A stretch of DNA of 64,000 nt from Octopus sinensis (Eukaryota). Below are positions 38,182 to 51,914 of the stretch, in pieces. The position numbers and the translations under genes were made by a program. Position 1 is the stretch's first letter, and each line of letters opens with the position of its first letter. The stretch covers positions 53,630,001-53,694,000 of the forward strand of contig NC_043007.1 of NCBI RefSeq assembly GCF_006345805.1. The letters are read 5' to 3'. The notes below the pieces were generated by a model, which was not told where the DNA came from, did not search any database, and worked only from the letters and a program-made list of their open reading frames with translations.

Positions 38182-39046
38182 CAGGGTGTTCAGGCTAAAT
38201 TTGACAATTTCTTAATGTCTTCTTTTTTCAGGAACAGCTTGATGACTGGGTGAACAGCCAATGGTATTGGAGAGCATTAATATCAAAGTTGTAGTTGAGA
38301 AAAAGTTAGCTGACATGGAGGACTGGAAGCCATCTGAATATTAGAAAAGAGTTACCAGTATCATGATGATTCATGCTGGGTGTCAAAATGCTAACATTGT
38401 GAAGGCTATAAGACAAGACACAGACAGCTGCAATGGTGACTACAAAACCATAGCCAGCATGAAGGGACACAGCAGGCATTCTGACTGCATCTGCACACCA
38501 GAATTCATCCAACAATTGATGAACAGAGCATTAGGCTCAGTTCAGATGGTTATGTGTAACTACTAGAGACTGTGGTCAATCCATGGCTGGAGAGTATTGC
38601 TGCTGGAAGACCATATGTATGGCAGTAGGATTCATCTTCTTGCCATTCATCTGGTAAGTGTCAGAAGCTGGAGAATTTCTATAACTTCACCAGTCTCAAT
38701 TTCTGGCCTCCTAATTCCCCTGATGATAATCCCATAGAATACTATGTGTGGGGTGGTGTTCAGAAAGACACTAACTGCTCTGTCTGTGACAGCAAGGCTG
38801 AGCTGGTGGTCAAGAACAAGGAGATATTCAAAGATATCCCCAGAGACACTTTGAAGAACACATGCACCAGGTTCTGGAGCCATTTTGAAGCCTTGGAAGA
38901 AGTTGAGGATAGCTACTTTGAGTAAACTGTTATGTTCCAGCCATAATCTAGTTGATGATTTAAAATTTTTACAAGTACTTTTATTTTTGAATGGGACATC
39001 GTTTTTTCCTTTTATGCAAACTGTCAAATTTAGCCCAAATACCCCG
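38182..39046 (+). mobile_element. Tc1/mariner-superfamily element, internally deleted
   Basis: TA duplication (38180-81, 39047-48); imperfect TIR CAGGGTGTTCAGGCTAAATTTGACA / TGTCAAATTTAGCCCAAATACCCCG; RPYVWQ*D and WPPNSPDDNPIEYYVW. Confidence 0.85.
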
Positions 39047-40587
39047 TATTATAGCCAAGATTACATACCATGTCTATGGAAACTACAAACCAAATGTAGG
39101 GAATTGGTTATAAACAAATAAAGTAAAGTAAGGATATGGAAATATAGAAGTATACTAACTAGAAAGGTGGGTGGGGTACATTTTATAAAGTTAACTGATA
39201 GTATTATTAGTGCCCTAATATTCACGCTAAGTAGTTTATTATCATACACAAACGCGTGCGCGCGCGCGCACACACACATACACATGTATATATGTTGAGA
39301 TGAATTAAATCAAAATTTAACCGAAAATTAGCATTTTGATTAAATTTTCATTTTGATTAAAATACTAGACACACCACCAGAGAAAAAAAAGAAAGCATGG
39401 GTACTACTTTTACATGTCATACTTTTTTAATCTTTTTATAAAAGTGAAAGGATTTTGTCTATTTATTTATTTCCATTGTCCACCTTCCACAGTGATTAAA
39501 TTTACTAGGAACACTGAATGCATGCATCTCCACAATTCTCAACTGTTTTTCACCAAACTTTACACACACATTACTTATGTCCCAAAGATAGTTATGCACT
39601 AAACATTTAGGTCCATTTATTTGGAGGCCCAATAAATAGACCTAACTGAACATAGTGTTTTTGTATGTAGGGTCTTCCATACTTTTTAAATCTTTTTATA
39701 AAAGTGAAAAGATTTAGTCTATTTATTTCAACTGTCCACCTGCCACAGTGATTAAATTGACTAGGAACACTGTATGCAATGAATATCCAATACCATACAA
39801 TCTTAATCTCCATATTTAAACTATATTAAACTTCGGCAAGCTCACCTTTACCTAATCTGAGTTACTTGAAAGGTGATGTTCCCTTCCCTCTCTTCTGTTT
39901 GTTGATACTTTTGTTTACCCACCAAATCATTGTTTCACTTTAAGGATGATATTTTAACTGCTGTCCATTGTTTCAAATATGTTTTAGCATTGTCATTCTA
40001 GCCTTTTTTGAACCATCACATATGATTGATCCAAAAAAATTAACCTTTAAATAAGAGTTTTGCTTCCACTAGCGAAAGCTATACATATCTTTCTGAAAGT
40101 TCCATATCAATTTAACTTTATGCAGTATTTGCTGTTAGTTTATGTGCAGGTTATGTGGGAAGACACAATAAAGGGGCTTTTGTTAGCTTATCTCTAAGCT
40201 GTTGAGAAAAATAAATTTGCAGAGGGAAAGTTTCAATATCTTCCTTCAATTTCCTTACACTATTTATGTAGCTGTTTCTGACAAGAAATTTCGCTTTCAT
40301 GTAAAACAATTATATTTTGTAGTCATTATCAGCAATCTGCTCCCAAAACACATCTGTAGCTCTACTTTGTATAGCTTGCAAACTTGTATGCTCTGTGATC
40401 GTTAAAGTGCAATGACCTCCACAATAACCAGCCTTCAGTCTGATTTTCTCTTCCTAGGTTAATCGGAATCAGATTGCCGTTCTACTCATAAACCTTCTCA
40501 GTAGTTCAATTATTTGGTGAAAAAAATGCTACCAAAGCAACTTAAACAGTCCAAAGGACAGGTGCTTCTGCTAGTATGTGTATGTGT

Positions 40588-41513
40588 ATCATTATCATCG
40601 TTGTTTAATGTCCGCTTTCAAGGCTGGGATGGGTTGGACGGTTTGACTGAGGACTGGCGAGCAAGAAGGCTGCACTGGGATCCAATCTGATCTGGCAAAG
40701 TTTCTACCACTCCGAGAGTCTAGTGGGTGATTTTATATGCCACCGGCATGAGGGCCAGTCAGGCGGTTCTGGCAACAACCATGCTCAAAAGGTGTTTTTT
40801 ATGTGCTACCTGCAGTCCAGCAGCGCTGGCAACAACCATGCTCAAATGTTGTTTTTCATGTGTCAGTAAGGAGATGCTGGCAACAATCATGCTTGAATGA
40901 TGCATTTATGTGCCACTGGAGCCAATCAGCAGCCCTGGCATCAATCATGCTCAGATGGTGCTTTTAATGTTCCACTGGCATGAGTGTCAATCAGGTGGTA
41001 CTGTCATCGGCCATGTCAGTAATTTTGATTTTGATTTCACTTGCCTCAACAGGTCTTTGCAAGCAAAGTTTATTGTCCAATGAATGAGGGGTACTCATAA
41101 GTGGGCTGGATACACTCACTGGCATAGACCAGGGTTACAGTCTCACTTGGCTTGTTAGGTTTTTCTCAAGTACAGCATATCTCCAAAGGTCTCAATCACT
41201 AGTCATTGCCTCAGTAAGGCCCAATGTTTGAAGGTCATGCTTCACCACCTCATCCCAGGTCTTCCTGGGTCTACCTCTTCCACAGATTCCCTCAACTGCT
41301 ACCGTGTGACACTTTTTCACACAGCTGTCCTCATTCATTTGCAACACATGACCATACCAGCACAGTCGTTTCTCTTGCATACCACATCTGATGCTTCTTA
41401 AATCCAACTTTTCTGTCGTGTATGCACACTGGCATTACACATCCAACTGGCTTCATTCCTTTAAAGTTAAACATGTCCTCAACAGTCATGGCCCATGTTT
41501 CACTGCCATGTAA
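40588..41513 (-). mobile_element. 5'-truncated RTE LINE
   Basis: MLHGSETWA..GRGRPRKTWDEVVKHDL, 3' UTR subrepeats, (ATG)-type tail. Confidence 0.9.
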
Positions 41514-41668
41514 CATACATGTACATACATGTATGTATATATATACATGTATGTATATATATATACATATACATATATATATATTTATATGTACTTATAT
41601 TATTTAAATATTATTTTTTAGGGAATAACAATTCCGGCATGACAGAGGTTCAAATTATTCTCAATGAA

Positions 41669-42788
41669 GAAATATATTTTAATTTAGAGATAGTATACTC
41701 CTACTTCTCACCAAATAAAAAGAATTTTTATTTTCATTTTAAATACCTACTGTTTTATTCCTTGGCAACACGTGTTTCATGAGGTACATCCTCGGGTTCC
41801 TAAACCACTCCTTGTTTCCCTGGAACCCCTCTCAAGATGCCACCCCAATAATCAGGCCCTTATAACTTTATCAACGTTCAATACAATAAACTATATTTTA
41901 ATTTTTAAATCCCATAAAGTAGCAAGAAATAGGGTGTGAGTACTTCAATGGACGTTACAATGTTAGGCCATAATTAGGGCATTGTAGGATAATGGAGCTA
42001 TCGGTGAATTGCATATTTTCCTTACTTTACCATCAAGTTATATTTATTTTACTTTGTAAAAGTTACCATTCGTATCACTTGAAATTTAAAAAAAAAAAAG
42101 TTAGCATTCGTATCACTTGAAATTTTGCAGTTCGTATTAGAACTATAGCTCTTTTATTTGAAATTATCTCTTTGTAATTGCCTCCATGTTTATTAACTTT
42201 AATTCGTGTATATTTTCCTTGCTATCTTTATTTTTTATTTTTATTTTTATTTTTACTCGTATTTACTTTTATTCGTATTCCTTTCGTTTTTATTCACATT
42301 TTTTTGATATATTATTAAATTAGTATTTGTAAATTTAATTTTATTTGGAACACTATATATAACTAACTTAGTTTTTGTAAATTTTCGTATATTTTTTGTG
42401 ATTTTTATTCCTTACTTTATTTGCGTAACTTTTATTTCTGTAACTTTTTATCTTTATTTGAATTTTTATCTGAATTATGGCTTGTACTGTAGAGTCCAGT
42501 GAAACTAAACATACCTAATTTAAACATACTTATTTTGCCCATATTTGTGGGATTTAAAAATTAAATATAGTTTATTGTATTGAACGTTGATTAAAGTTAT
42601 AAGGGCTTGATGATTGGGGGGCCATCTGAGGGGTTCCAGGGAAACAAGGTGTGTGGTTTAGGACCCAAGGATGTACGTCATGAAACACGTGTTGCCAAGG
42701 AATAAAACAGTAGGTAGGTAAAATGAAAATAAAAATTCTTTTTATTTGGTGAGAAGTAGGGGTATACTACCTCTAAATTAAAATATAT
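41669..42788. repeat. Inverted repeat (~260-bp arms, ~600-bp spacer) with degenerate hammerheads (41764-41858 -, 42604-42696 +)
   Basis: Arms 41669-41930 and 42530-42788; consensus GGC-CTGATGA..GAAA-CACGTG-TT-GCC, each copy with one core change. Confidence 0.8.
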
Positions 42789-43499
42789 ATATATACTTAT
42801 ATATATAAAAAAGTTGAGTTGTGGGGTATCGCACAAGTGGAATTATATACGAAAGAAGGTTTGAAAATGCAATTTAAAAGATGTTTATTTACTTAACCGG
42901 TTTCACTCTTTGGTAAAAGATTGTCAAAAGTAACATTGAATATTATGGGTTCAAAAAAGTTTTTACATAATTGTCACATTGAATATTATGAATTCAAAAA
43001 TGTTTTATACATAATTGTCACATTACATGTATAAATATAGTGTTTGGTAACAGAGATATGTTAAGGGCATAAAGACGTTCAATAGTGTGATGAGAATATT
43101 TGGAAAAATTGAGCAGAAAAGAATAAACAAATATATTATTGGAAATTTGGTTGCGTTAATTATTAGTTGTCGCAAAATTGTCACATTACATGTATATATA
43201 TAACAGTCTTGGTAGAAAGGACATGTTAAGGACATAAGGACGTGCAATAGTTTGGTGAGAAAATTTGTAATATTGACAGAAAAAATTAAGATGGATATTT
43301 TATACATCTCAGAATATTTTGAATTGAAGGTGAGAATTTGTTTTTACTGACATGTTCGCTTTAGCAGAAAAGTTGAATTGAGAGAAAAAAATGTGTACCC
43401 AGTTTTGTTTATGGTTCCCCTTCAAGCATCAATGATTTTGGGGTTATTGGGAGGTGAGTATGCGGGTGTGAATAGATGTGTCCGTGTGCCTGCGGTATT

Positions 43500-44290
43500 T
43501 GGTCAGACGGCGTCTGTTTGTCACACACATATACACACACATGCACATAGTATACAAACACACCACATACACACAACACACACAGAACACACACATACAT
43601 AACGCACCCACATATATAATATACACACACAGCACACAAATATAACATGTATTTATATATAATATACACACATATATAACACACATACACACACAAACAC
43701 ACACACACACACACAACAAACACACGCACAAATACTACATAATATAAATATCACACAATACACCTAGCAAATATATACATACAATACACATACACAGCAT
43801 GTATATAATACACATACACAATATATGCATGCAATATACATACGCAATACATACATATAATATATATATATATAGACAATGCATATACATATATACATAT
43901 AAATAGTGTTTACATACACATACATAAATATACCACAAATACACACAATATACATACATACAATGTATACATATACACGTACTCATACATATAATATATA
44001 TATACACACACACACACATAACATACACATACACAATGCATAAATATATATACATGCAATGTATATACATGTATTCATGCATATATATCACACCTACAAT
44101 ATACATATATACAATGCACACATACACACACATATACACTTAATTGTACACATACATATACAATACACATACATACAATATACATATACACAATGCGCAT
44201 GCAAATAATGCACATGTTTATACACACATATACATGCAAATATATATACACACATACACACACACATACATACACACATATATATATGCA
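43500..44290. repeat. Degenerate (CA)/(TA) low-complexity tract, followed by a short + strand RTE fragment (44285-44360)
   Basis: Direct reading; fragment encodes ACVRTAMLHGSETWAVT. Confidence 0.85.
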
Positions 44291-44360
44291 TGTGTACGAA
44301 CAGCCATGCTACATGGCAGTGAAACATGGGCCGTGACTGCTGAGGACATGTGTAAGCTCA

Positions 44361-44460
44361 NNNNNNNNNNNNNNNNNNNNNNNNNNNNNNNNNNNNNNNN
44401 NNNNNNNNNNNNNNNNNNNNNNNNNNNNNNNNNNNNNNNNNNNNNNNNNNNNNNNNNNNN
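44361..44460. other. Assembly gap (100 N)
   Basis: Run of N. Confidence 1.
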
Positions 44461-44469
44461 TATGTGACC

Positions 44470-44905
44470 TTCAGGAAAGAAGAAATGTGGAAGGCACCGA
44501 GGAACCTGTAAGTTCTACCTGCGGGGCAAATGTTGGCATGGTGAGGACGGCAAAAACTGCCAGTTCGCCCACCCGACACCCCGCCAGAACTTCAGGTGAC
44601 TCAAAGAGAAAAAGTTTACCAAGGGAACACAAGAAATGTCTCCCAGGAAAACTTCCAAAAACGAAGTGCGCTCCTGAGATGTTCTGCGCAAGGCAGCAGC
44701 TGAGCAAGAGTCTTTTTTATGCATGGCGGAAAGAATTGTACGGCAGCTAACATGGCTACACCAAGCACAGAAAAGGAACCCTGCCCACCACTATGCAAAA
44801 CCACCACAGTCAACAGACACGGGATGGCCTCCCCTAATGCCTGCACAGCCGTCACCCCAATACTTTTACTAAATATTGGGTGCCTGTTGCATCAAAATAG
44901 AAACA
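44470..44905 (+). pseudogene. CR1-like fragment (ORF1 CCCH finger + start of EN)
   Basis: CKFYLRGKCWHGEDGKNCQFAH; LLLNIGCLL; near-identical to the reverse complement of 54170-54605. Confidence 0.8.
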
Positions 44906-46463
44906 AAATTTCTCCTCTGTATACCCTCTTTTACTGTACGTCGCCATTCTCCACGGTTGCCGGCGACTGCCTCCCAACCGCTAATGTTGATGTTGCAGGC
45001 CTTCATATCCCTTTTGCAAACATCCTTGTAACGTAGGATCGGTCTACCCACAGACCTAGTACCCCTAGCAAGCTCTCCGTAGAGTATGTCCTTGGGGATT
45101 CTGCCATCTTTCATACGGCTAACATGCCCAAGCCATCTCATACGTCTTTGTGTGAGGAGTGCAAACATGCTTGGTATTCCTGCTTGCCTGAGGACATCTT
45201 TGTTGGGGATATGATTCTGCCATTTGATGTGGAGGATTTTTCGGAGGCAGCGCAGGTGAAAGATGTTTAGGCGACGCTTTGCGTGTGTATAGCGTCCAGG
45301 TCTCGCTTCCATACAGTAGAGTGCTGAGTACACATGCCTGGTAGATCTTCATTTTTGTGGTCTTGGTCAGCTTATTGTTGTCCCAAGCCTGTTTGGAGAG
45401 TTGGCCATCGCAGCAGCTGCCTTGCCAATGCGTATATTGAGCTCAGCGTCAAGGGATAGGTTGTAGGTGACGGTAGAGCCCAGATAGGTAAACTTCTCCA
45501 CCTCTTGTAATCTGTGGTCTCCAATATGTATGTTTGGGATGTCCGATGTAGCCTGACCCATGATGTTGGTCTTCTTAAGGCTGATAGCTAAGCCAAAGTC
45601 GTTACATGCTTGCTCAAAACAGTTAATGAGCCTTTGGAGGGCTTCTTCTGTGCGTGTTACCAGAGCGGCATCATCAGCAAATAACATCTCCTTGATCAGG
45701 ACGTTTCTGATTTTGGTCTTGGCATGCAGGCGCGAGAGATTGAATAGTTTCCCGTCACTTCTACTGTGCAGAAACACTCCATCATCTGATGTCTGAAAGG
45801 CATGTGACAGTAAGAGTGAGAAGAAGATGCCAAACAATGTAGGAGCGAGGACACAGCCTTGCTTTACCCTGTTTTTTATTTGGAAGGCGGCTGATGTTGA
45901 ACCGTTGTGCTGTATGGTGCCTTGCATGTCATCATGGAAAGACTTGATGATCCTCAGCAGCTTTGGTGGACATCCAATTTTTTGGAGCAGGAGGAAGAGG
46001 CCTGTTCTGCTTACCGAGTCAAAAGCCTTTGTTAGATCAATGAAGGCCATATATAATGGCATTTTCTGCTCTCTGGACTTTCCTGAAGTTGGCGTATGGA
46101 GAATATCATATCGATAGTTGATCTGCTTCTTCTAAAGCCACACTGCGATTCGGATAGATTCGAGAAGCAAGTAGTTGTAGCCTGGCCAGGATAACGCGGG
46201 CAAGGTCTGTCCAACAGTGCTTAGAAGGGATATACCACGGTAATTGTTACAATCACCACGGTCACCTTTGTTTTTGTAGAGCGTAATGATGTTGGCATCC
46301 CGCATATCCTGAGGACTGTACCCTCTTCCCAGCACTGACACAGAAGCTCATGAAGGTGCCGAAGCAGGATGGTGTTTTTGCCGGCTTTGATGATCTCTGA
46401 GGGGATGCCGTCTTTTCCCGGAGCCTTATTTCTTGCTAGGGAGTCAACTGCTTGGTGAGCTCT
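44905..46463 (-). mobile_element. RTE-BovB-like LINE, RT fragment
   Basis: NYRGISLLS, LYMAFIDLTKAFDSV, VKQGCVLAPTLF, LFADDAAL, LYGSETW, RWLGHVSRM, GRPILRYKD. Confidence 0.9.
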
Positions 46464-46556
46464 GCTATATATAATGTATATATATATATAATATATATAT
46501 ATATATATAATATATATATATGATGTATATATAATATAATATATAATATATAATGT

Positions 46557-46588
<32 letters not shown>

Positions 46589-46667
46589 ATATATATAATG
46601 TATATATATAATATATATATATATATATAATATATATATGCATATATATATATAATATTATATGTAT

Positions 46668-46709
<42 letters not shown>

Positions 46710-46754
46710 GTATATATATATATATATATATACATAATATATATATATATAATG

Positions 46755-46790
<36 letters not shown>

Positions 46791-46851
46791 ATATACATAA
46801 TATATATATATACATAATATATATATATACATAATATTATAATATATTTCA

Positions 46852-49800
46852 TTGCCAATTTAGCAACATGCACATGAAAGGTTGCATCATTACTCATGTA
46901 AATACCCAGGTCTCGCACTGATTGTGCTTCTGGGATTGCAATCCCTCCAGGTCCAGTGTATTTATTGGGTATTGCATTTAGTTTTTCATGCTGATAGCAT
47001 AACAATTGAAACTTTTCAGCATCGAACTGCATGTTATTCTTTTTAGCACACTTGTATATTTTGTCCAGCTCACATTGCAGGTGCATAGTGTCTTCAGGGT
47101 TCTGTATTGCCTGTGAAACTTTTGTATCATCTGCATAACTTGTGATCATGGCTGTCTGCATGGTCCCATTGGCTACTACCACCTGACTTCTATCCTTCAG
47201 AAAGTCATGAAGCCATTCTCCCAATTTTCCAACTATGCCAAGATCACGTAGTTTGTGATCGACTTTCTCAAAGGCCTTTGCAAAGTCGAGATATATCACT
47301 TCCACATTTGAGTGGTTGAGCAGTTGTTTCAGCACCCAGTCATAGTGTTGTAGGAGCTGAGTTAGGCAGCTCCTTCCTGGTCGGAAACCATGTTGGGTGT
47401 CAGGCAGCAAGTTATTTTCTTCAAGGAAGGCGATTAGTTTCCTTCTGACTATTCATTTCATGACCTTGCTGATGTGTGAGGTCAGAGAGATAGGTCTGTA
47501 GTCCTTGGCCTCCGCTCTGCTACCTCCTTTATGAATAGGGCATATTTTACCCTCCTTCAGTTTTCTTGGAAGTTTTCCAGTTGCAAGGAAGCTCTGAAAG
47601 AGGAACTGCAGTGGTCTTGCTAGGGCTCTCTTACATACTTTTAGAAGGATTGCTGGGAATCCATTGGGGCCAGTAGCTGAGTTTGTTTTCATTTCACTAT
47701 AGCCTTTATTACATCGCCTTCGTTTATATTGATGTAATCAATCATCGTTGCCTCTGATTTTATATCTGTAGTGGTAAAGAAGTCAGTTGGATTGCTGATT
47801 TGGAAATGCCCACGGGGTGGAGTGAAAACACTCTTGAATTGCTCATTCAGTATTTCACTTACCCTCATTGGTTTTCCTGTGAGTGTGCCATCCTTTTCAA
47901 GGAGTGGCCCTATCCTACAGTGCACATAGCTGTTTCTTTGGCAAACTTGTAGAAAGCTCTGGGGTTAGATTTTATGTTGTCTATAGCCCAGGCTTCTTTG
48001 TCTGCTCTTTCTTTTTCATGGGAGAGTTGCAGACATTTTTCAATTTCCAACAGTTTTATTTTCAGGTGGGACTTTTCACTGCTTTCAATTTGTTTGTTTA
48101 GGCGATTTGAAACTTTTGCATGCCGTCTCATAAGAATTTTCCTCTCTCTGGGGATTTTGTTCTTGTGTACAGTGGCCTTTCTCTCTGGGACACATTTATA
48201 GCATAAGGCTTACATTATAGACATGAATTGTTGAAGTTTTATGTCAATGTCTGGTGAGGAGAGACATTTAGGCCAGTTTTGTTTGAGGATCTCTTTCTCA
48301 ATTTGTTTCCAGTTTGCCTTATGGAAGTTCAAGCTGGAAAGATTCTGAGAGTTTCTTGTAGACTGCATGTCCATGCTTTCCTTTGGCCTGTACATGGTCA
48401 ACTGTACCATGTTGTGATCTGAGAGTAGTGTCAGTATCACTTTTACATTATGGATGAGATCCATATTATTTGTGAAGCAGAGATCCAGTATGTTTCCTGC
48501 CCTGGTTGGTTGGAGTATTCTTTGCTCCATGTACAGAGTGTTGATGAGGTTCAGGAGGGACCTCACCTGTCCTCATTTGCATCGTGTCATTCCTGGGAGA
48601 GAAAGGCCCTCAGGCCATCTGACATTGGGCAGATTGAAGTCTCCCATAAGAAGTACACTTATGTGTTGTTCTAATGTGACTAGTATTTCTTCTATTTTTG
48701 TAAGGCAGTCTTCAAACTTGCCTATATGACTTGGAGCATCTGGAGGGCGATATGTAGCACATATAACTACACCGAGTTGCCTTATATGTACAATTAGTGT
48801 GTCACACACCGAATTTGAGTATGACAAAAGGACCTGGGGTGTGTGGTCCTTGCAGATGTACATAGCAACTCCAACATGACTCCTTTCTTTTCTGTCGGTC
48901 CGTAATACAACATACTGTGGTATGTGTATTTCCGCATCTGCTATATCCAGTTTCAGGTGTGTTTCCGTAAGTGCTATGCATAAGGCTTGATTGCATGCAA
49001 CAAGGTCTCTCAAGAAAGGGATTTTTGTCATGTTACTGAGTGTTAGCAGTCCTCTGATGTTCAGTAGGAGCATCGAGGTGATGTGTGTGTTGTTGCCAGT
49101 GGTGTCCACCTTGGGTCTATTTGCTGTGGTGGTCTTGTGTATTGTGGATAGTCCCAACTGCAAGTTTGAGTTTGATGGAGCCAGGTCAGCTGCTGTACAA
49201 TCTTTTGTGCCATGCACAAAAAAGATTCTTGTTCAGCAGCTGCCCTTTCAATAACATGTTGATGGTTTGTAACAAGCACTACATGTGTGTACCTTCGTTT
49301 TGGGGCAGGTGGTGCATAGTCCTTTCCTTTTCCTTTTGGCCGTTGATTTCTGCCCTGTTTCATGTTTATGTGGCAGGGTCTTTGGTGTGCAAAATGGCAG
49401 CCTGCACCTTCCTCTCTATGCCAGCAGACACCTTTCAGGTAATATTTACACATTCGTGTGTGCTGTCTCTTTCTATCCTTTTTGGTATATGGATAGTCAG
49501 GTTTGCTTCTATCCTTGGCTGTTTCATCTTTTGGTTTTGTTTGAGTTTTAGTTTTTCCTTCTTTGGCTGTTTCATCTTTTGTTTTTCTTTTAGTTTTTCC
49601 TCCTTTTACTTCTTTTCATCTCCATGGTTTTGGCTTTCGATGCTGGTAGGGGCACTTGAACTTGGGTTTACTTCCTGGGCAGGTTTCTCACTTGAATCTT
49701 CTTTGTTGTCCTGGGTGTCTACCAAGTGGGGGTGACATCTTTCATCAGCACCTGTGCCTCCATCTCTGTCATCTTTGCTTTGTTCATTGTCAAAGATGGC

Positions 49801-50000
49801 ATCAAGCGTGCTGATGCCCACATGAGTGCATAGGAGCGTATAAACTCCTTCTTTCGCTCTATCTGTGCTAGCGTCCTTGTGTAACCATTGCACTTCAGCT
49901 CAGCTGTAATTATGTTGTTTGGATTATCTCCGTCAACGCATGGCCAGGCTCTCAAGAACAATGCCAATTCCATGCTCCTCCAGGTTCTGGACTTTTTTGG
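46852..50000 (-). mobile_element. CR1-like LINE (ORF1 with CCCH finger, APE EN, RT), decayed and 3'-truncated
   Basis: CKYYLKGVCWHREEGAGCHFAH; LLLNIRGL, LTETHL, YRPP, MGDFN, LDLCFTN, SDHN; YRPISLT, QHGFRPGRSC, YLDFAKAF, YADD. Confidence 0.92.
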
Positions 50001-50185
50001 GGATATTATATTTATTTATCTCTCTAATTATATTTAATATGATATATATATATAATATATATATATATAATATATATATATATAATGTATATATATACAT
50101 ATATATATATATAATGTATATATATGATAGATATATATAATATTAATATATATATAATATTTATATATATAATTATATATATATG

Positions 50186-50221
<36 letters not shown>

Positions 50222-50418
50222 TAATATATAATATATATTATCATCATCATCATCATCATCATTTAATATATATATATATATATAATTTTATTGTATAGAG
50301 AGCATTATTACACATAAATGCCACACACTAGGAGGGACTCTTAAAGTCATAACTACCAAATATAAACACATTGTACCGAATGCAACTCTCAAAATGAGTC
50401 ATTTAAAAACAGAATTTA

Positions 50419-50482
50419 GCTCCATATCACCTGTGATTTTGCAATTAACACGTTATACGCGCCCCTTACTCTTCAGTGACGC
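50419..50482 (-). ncRNA. Hammerhead copy with G12A change (probably inactive)
   Basis: GCGTCA-CTGAAGA-GTAA..TTGC-AAAA-TCAC-AG-GTGA-TA-TGGAGC. Confidence 0.55.
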
Positions 50483-50496
50483 GTATCCAAAATATA

Positions 50497-51287
50497 TCTC
50501 TCTATATATAAACGGCAGTTTGTCTGTCTGTGTGTCTGTCAGGTTGTACCCTCACCCTGACCACGGCTTTCAACTGATTCTGATGAAACTTGACACACAC
50601 ATAGCCCAATGTCATAATTCAAAACTAACACTGCGAAAATTTTGAAAAGTTCCTCCAGTTCTGAAAAAAGATCGATAAATTCGACATGGGTCGAGAATCT
50701 AAGCTTTTTATATGCAACACATTTTCTACAGACTGTCTAGGGGATGCAACTCAACCTTTTTAACTCTCGGAACACGTGAGGTAAGTATCCCAAAATGTAT
50801 AAAAATGTACAAAAACGGCAAAAAAGCGGGCAGCAATGTGAGTGATAACAACGAAAAAGTCAAAAGTGACCAAACTGAACAAATGAATGGAAAAGGTTTT
50901 TTGGTGCATACGACAAAAGCGGCTTATAATAAACCAAGAGTTTGCAAGTAACGTCCGAGGACCCTTAGGGTACGTCAAAAATTTAAGGTAAAACGTTTGG
51001 GGTGGTAGTTATAAAGAAAGTTTAAACAAAAAAAGTATTCGAATAACTTGCGGCTGCAGCAGCTATTAGCAGAAGTTGGGAGTAAAGTCTCGGATGTAAT
51101 TTCTTCCTGGTAGGAATTGGTTGGGTTGAATTATCGATAGCTGTTTGATAGTTATTTGGGAGTGAAGAGAAGACATTGCAACCTACACATGCGCCTTCGT
51201 TCCCTAGAAGGAAAGGACTAGATTGGGATTAGTTGTTGCCTACTAGGGGCTCTTACATACCCGGGCAACGCCGGGCTATGCTGCTAG
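50497..51287 (+). mobile_element. Complete non-autonomous Helitron (~790 bp)
   Basis: A|TC start; hairpin CCCGG-GCAACG-CCGGG (51260-75); CTAG|T end; empty site visible in the paralog at 51835-51846. Confidence 0.92.
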
Positions 51288-51850
51288 TCATAAATAAACA
51301 AAAGCATCACACCACGCGGACAACCGTCGCCGCCACCGTACTATAAGGAAATGTTTACCTATCATACATTTATGTAAATGGCGGGCTCTTTTGAATTGCA
51401 TTTTGGGAGACAACGTGCTTTTTTGGAACAAATGGAGCTAAATTCTGTTTTTAAATGACTCGCTTTGAGATTTACATTCGGTACAATGTGTTTATATTTG
51501 GTAGTTATGACTTTAAGAGTCCCTCCTAGCGTGTGGCATTTATGTGTAATAATGCCCTCTATACAACATAATTAAATATTTTCAAAGAAAAAAGTTTACA
51601 GTTTTTTTTTTCTCTTATGAGGTTTTTCATGGTAACTACTCGATAATTTCTTGTTAAGATCTCTTACTAAGATTTTATCCTATTTTTAAAACTTGTTCCG
51701 AAAAAGCACGTTGTCTCCCGAAATGCAATTCAAAAGAATTATACATTTACATAAATGTATAATGGGTAAACATTTCCTTATACTGCGATGGCGGCGGCGG
51801 CTGTCCACGTGGTGTGATGCTTTTGTTTATTTATGATATATTTTGGATTC

Positions 51851-51914
51851 GCTTCACTGAAGAGCAAGGGATGCGTATAACGTGTTAATTGCGAAATGAC
51901 AGGTGATATGGAGC
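51851..51914 (+). ncRNA. Type I hammerhead ribozyme (intact core, AUA site)
   Basis: Stem I GCTTCA/TGGAGC; CTGAAGA 51857-63; GCAA/TTGC; GAAA 51893-96; stem III with one mismatch; ATA 51906-08. Confidence 0.7.

Noticed and set aside
50291-51566. MITE/MULE with 135-bp TIRs
   Set aside because: No TSD is identifiable, a second overlapping inversion extends to 51918, and the interior carries a hammerhead, favouring a pLTR rearrangement.
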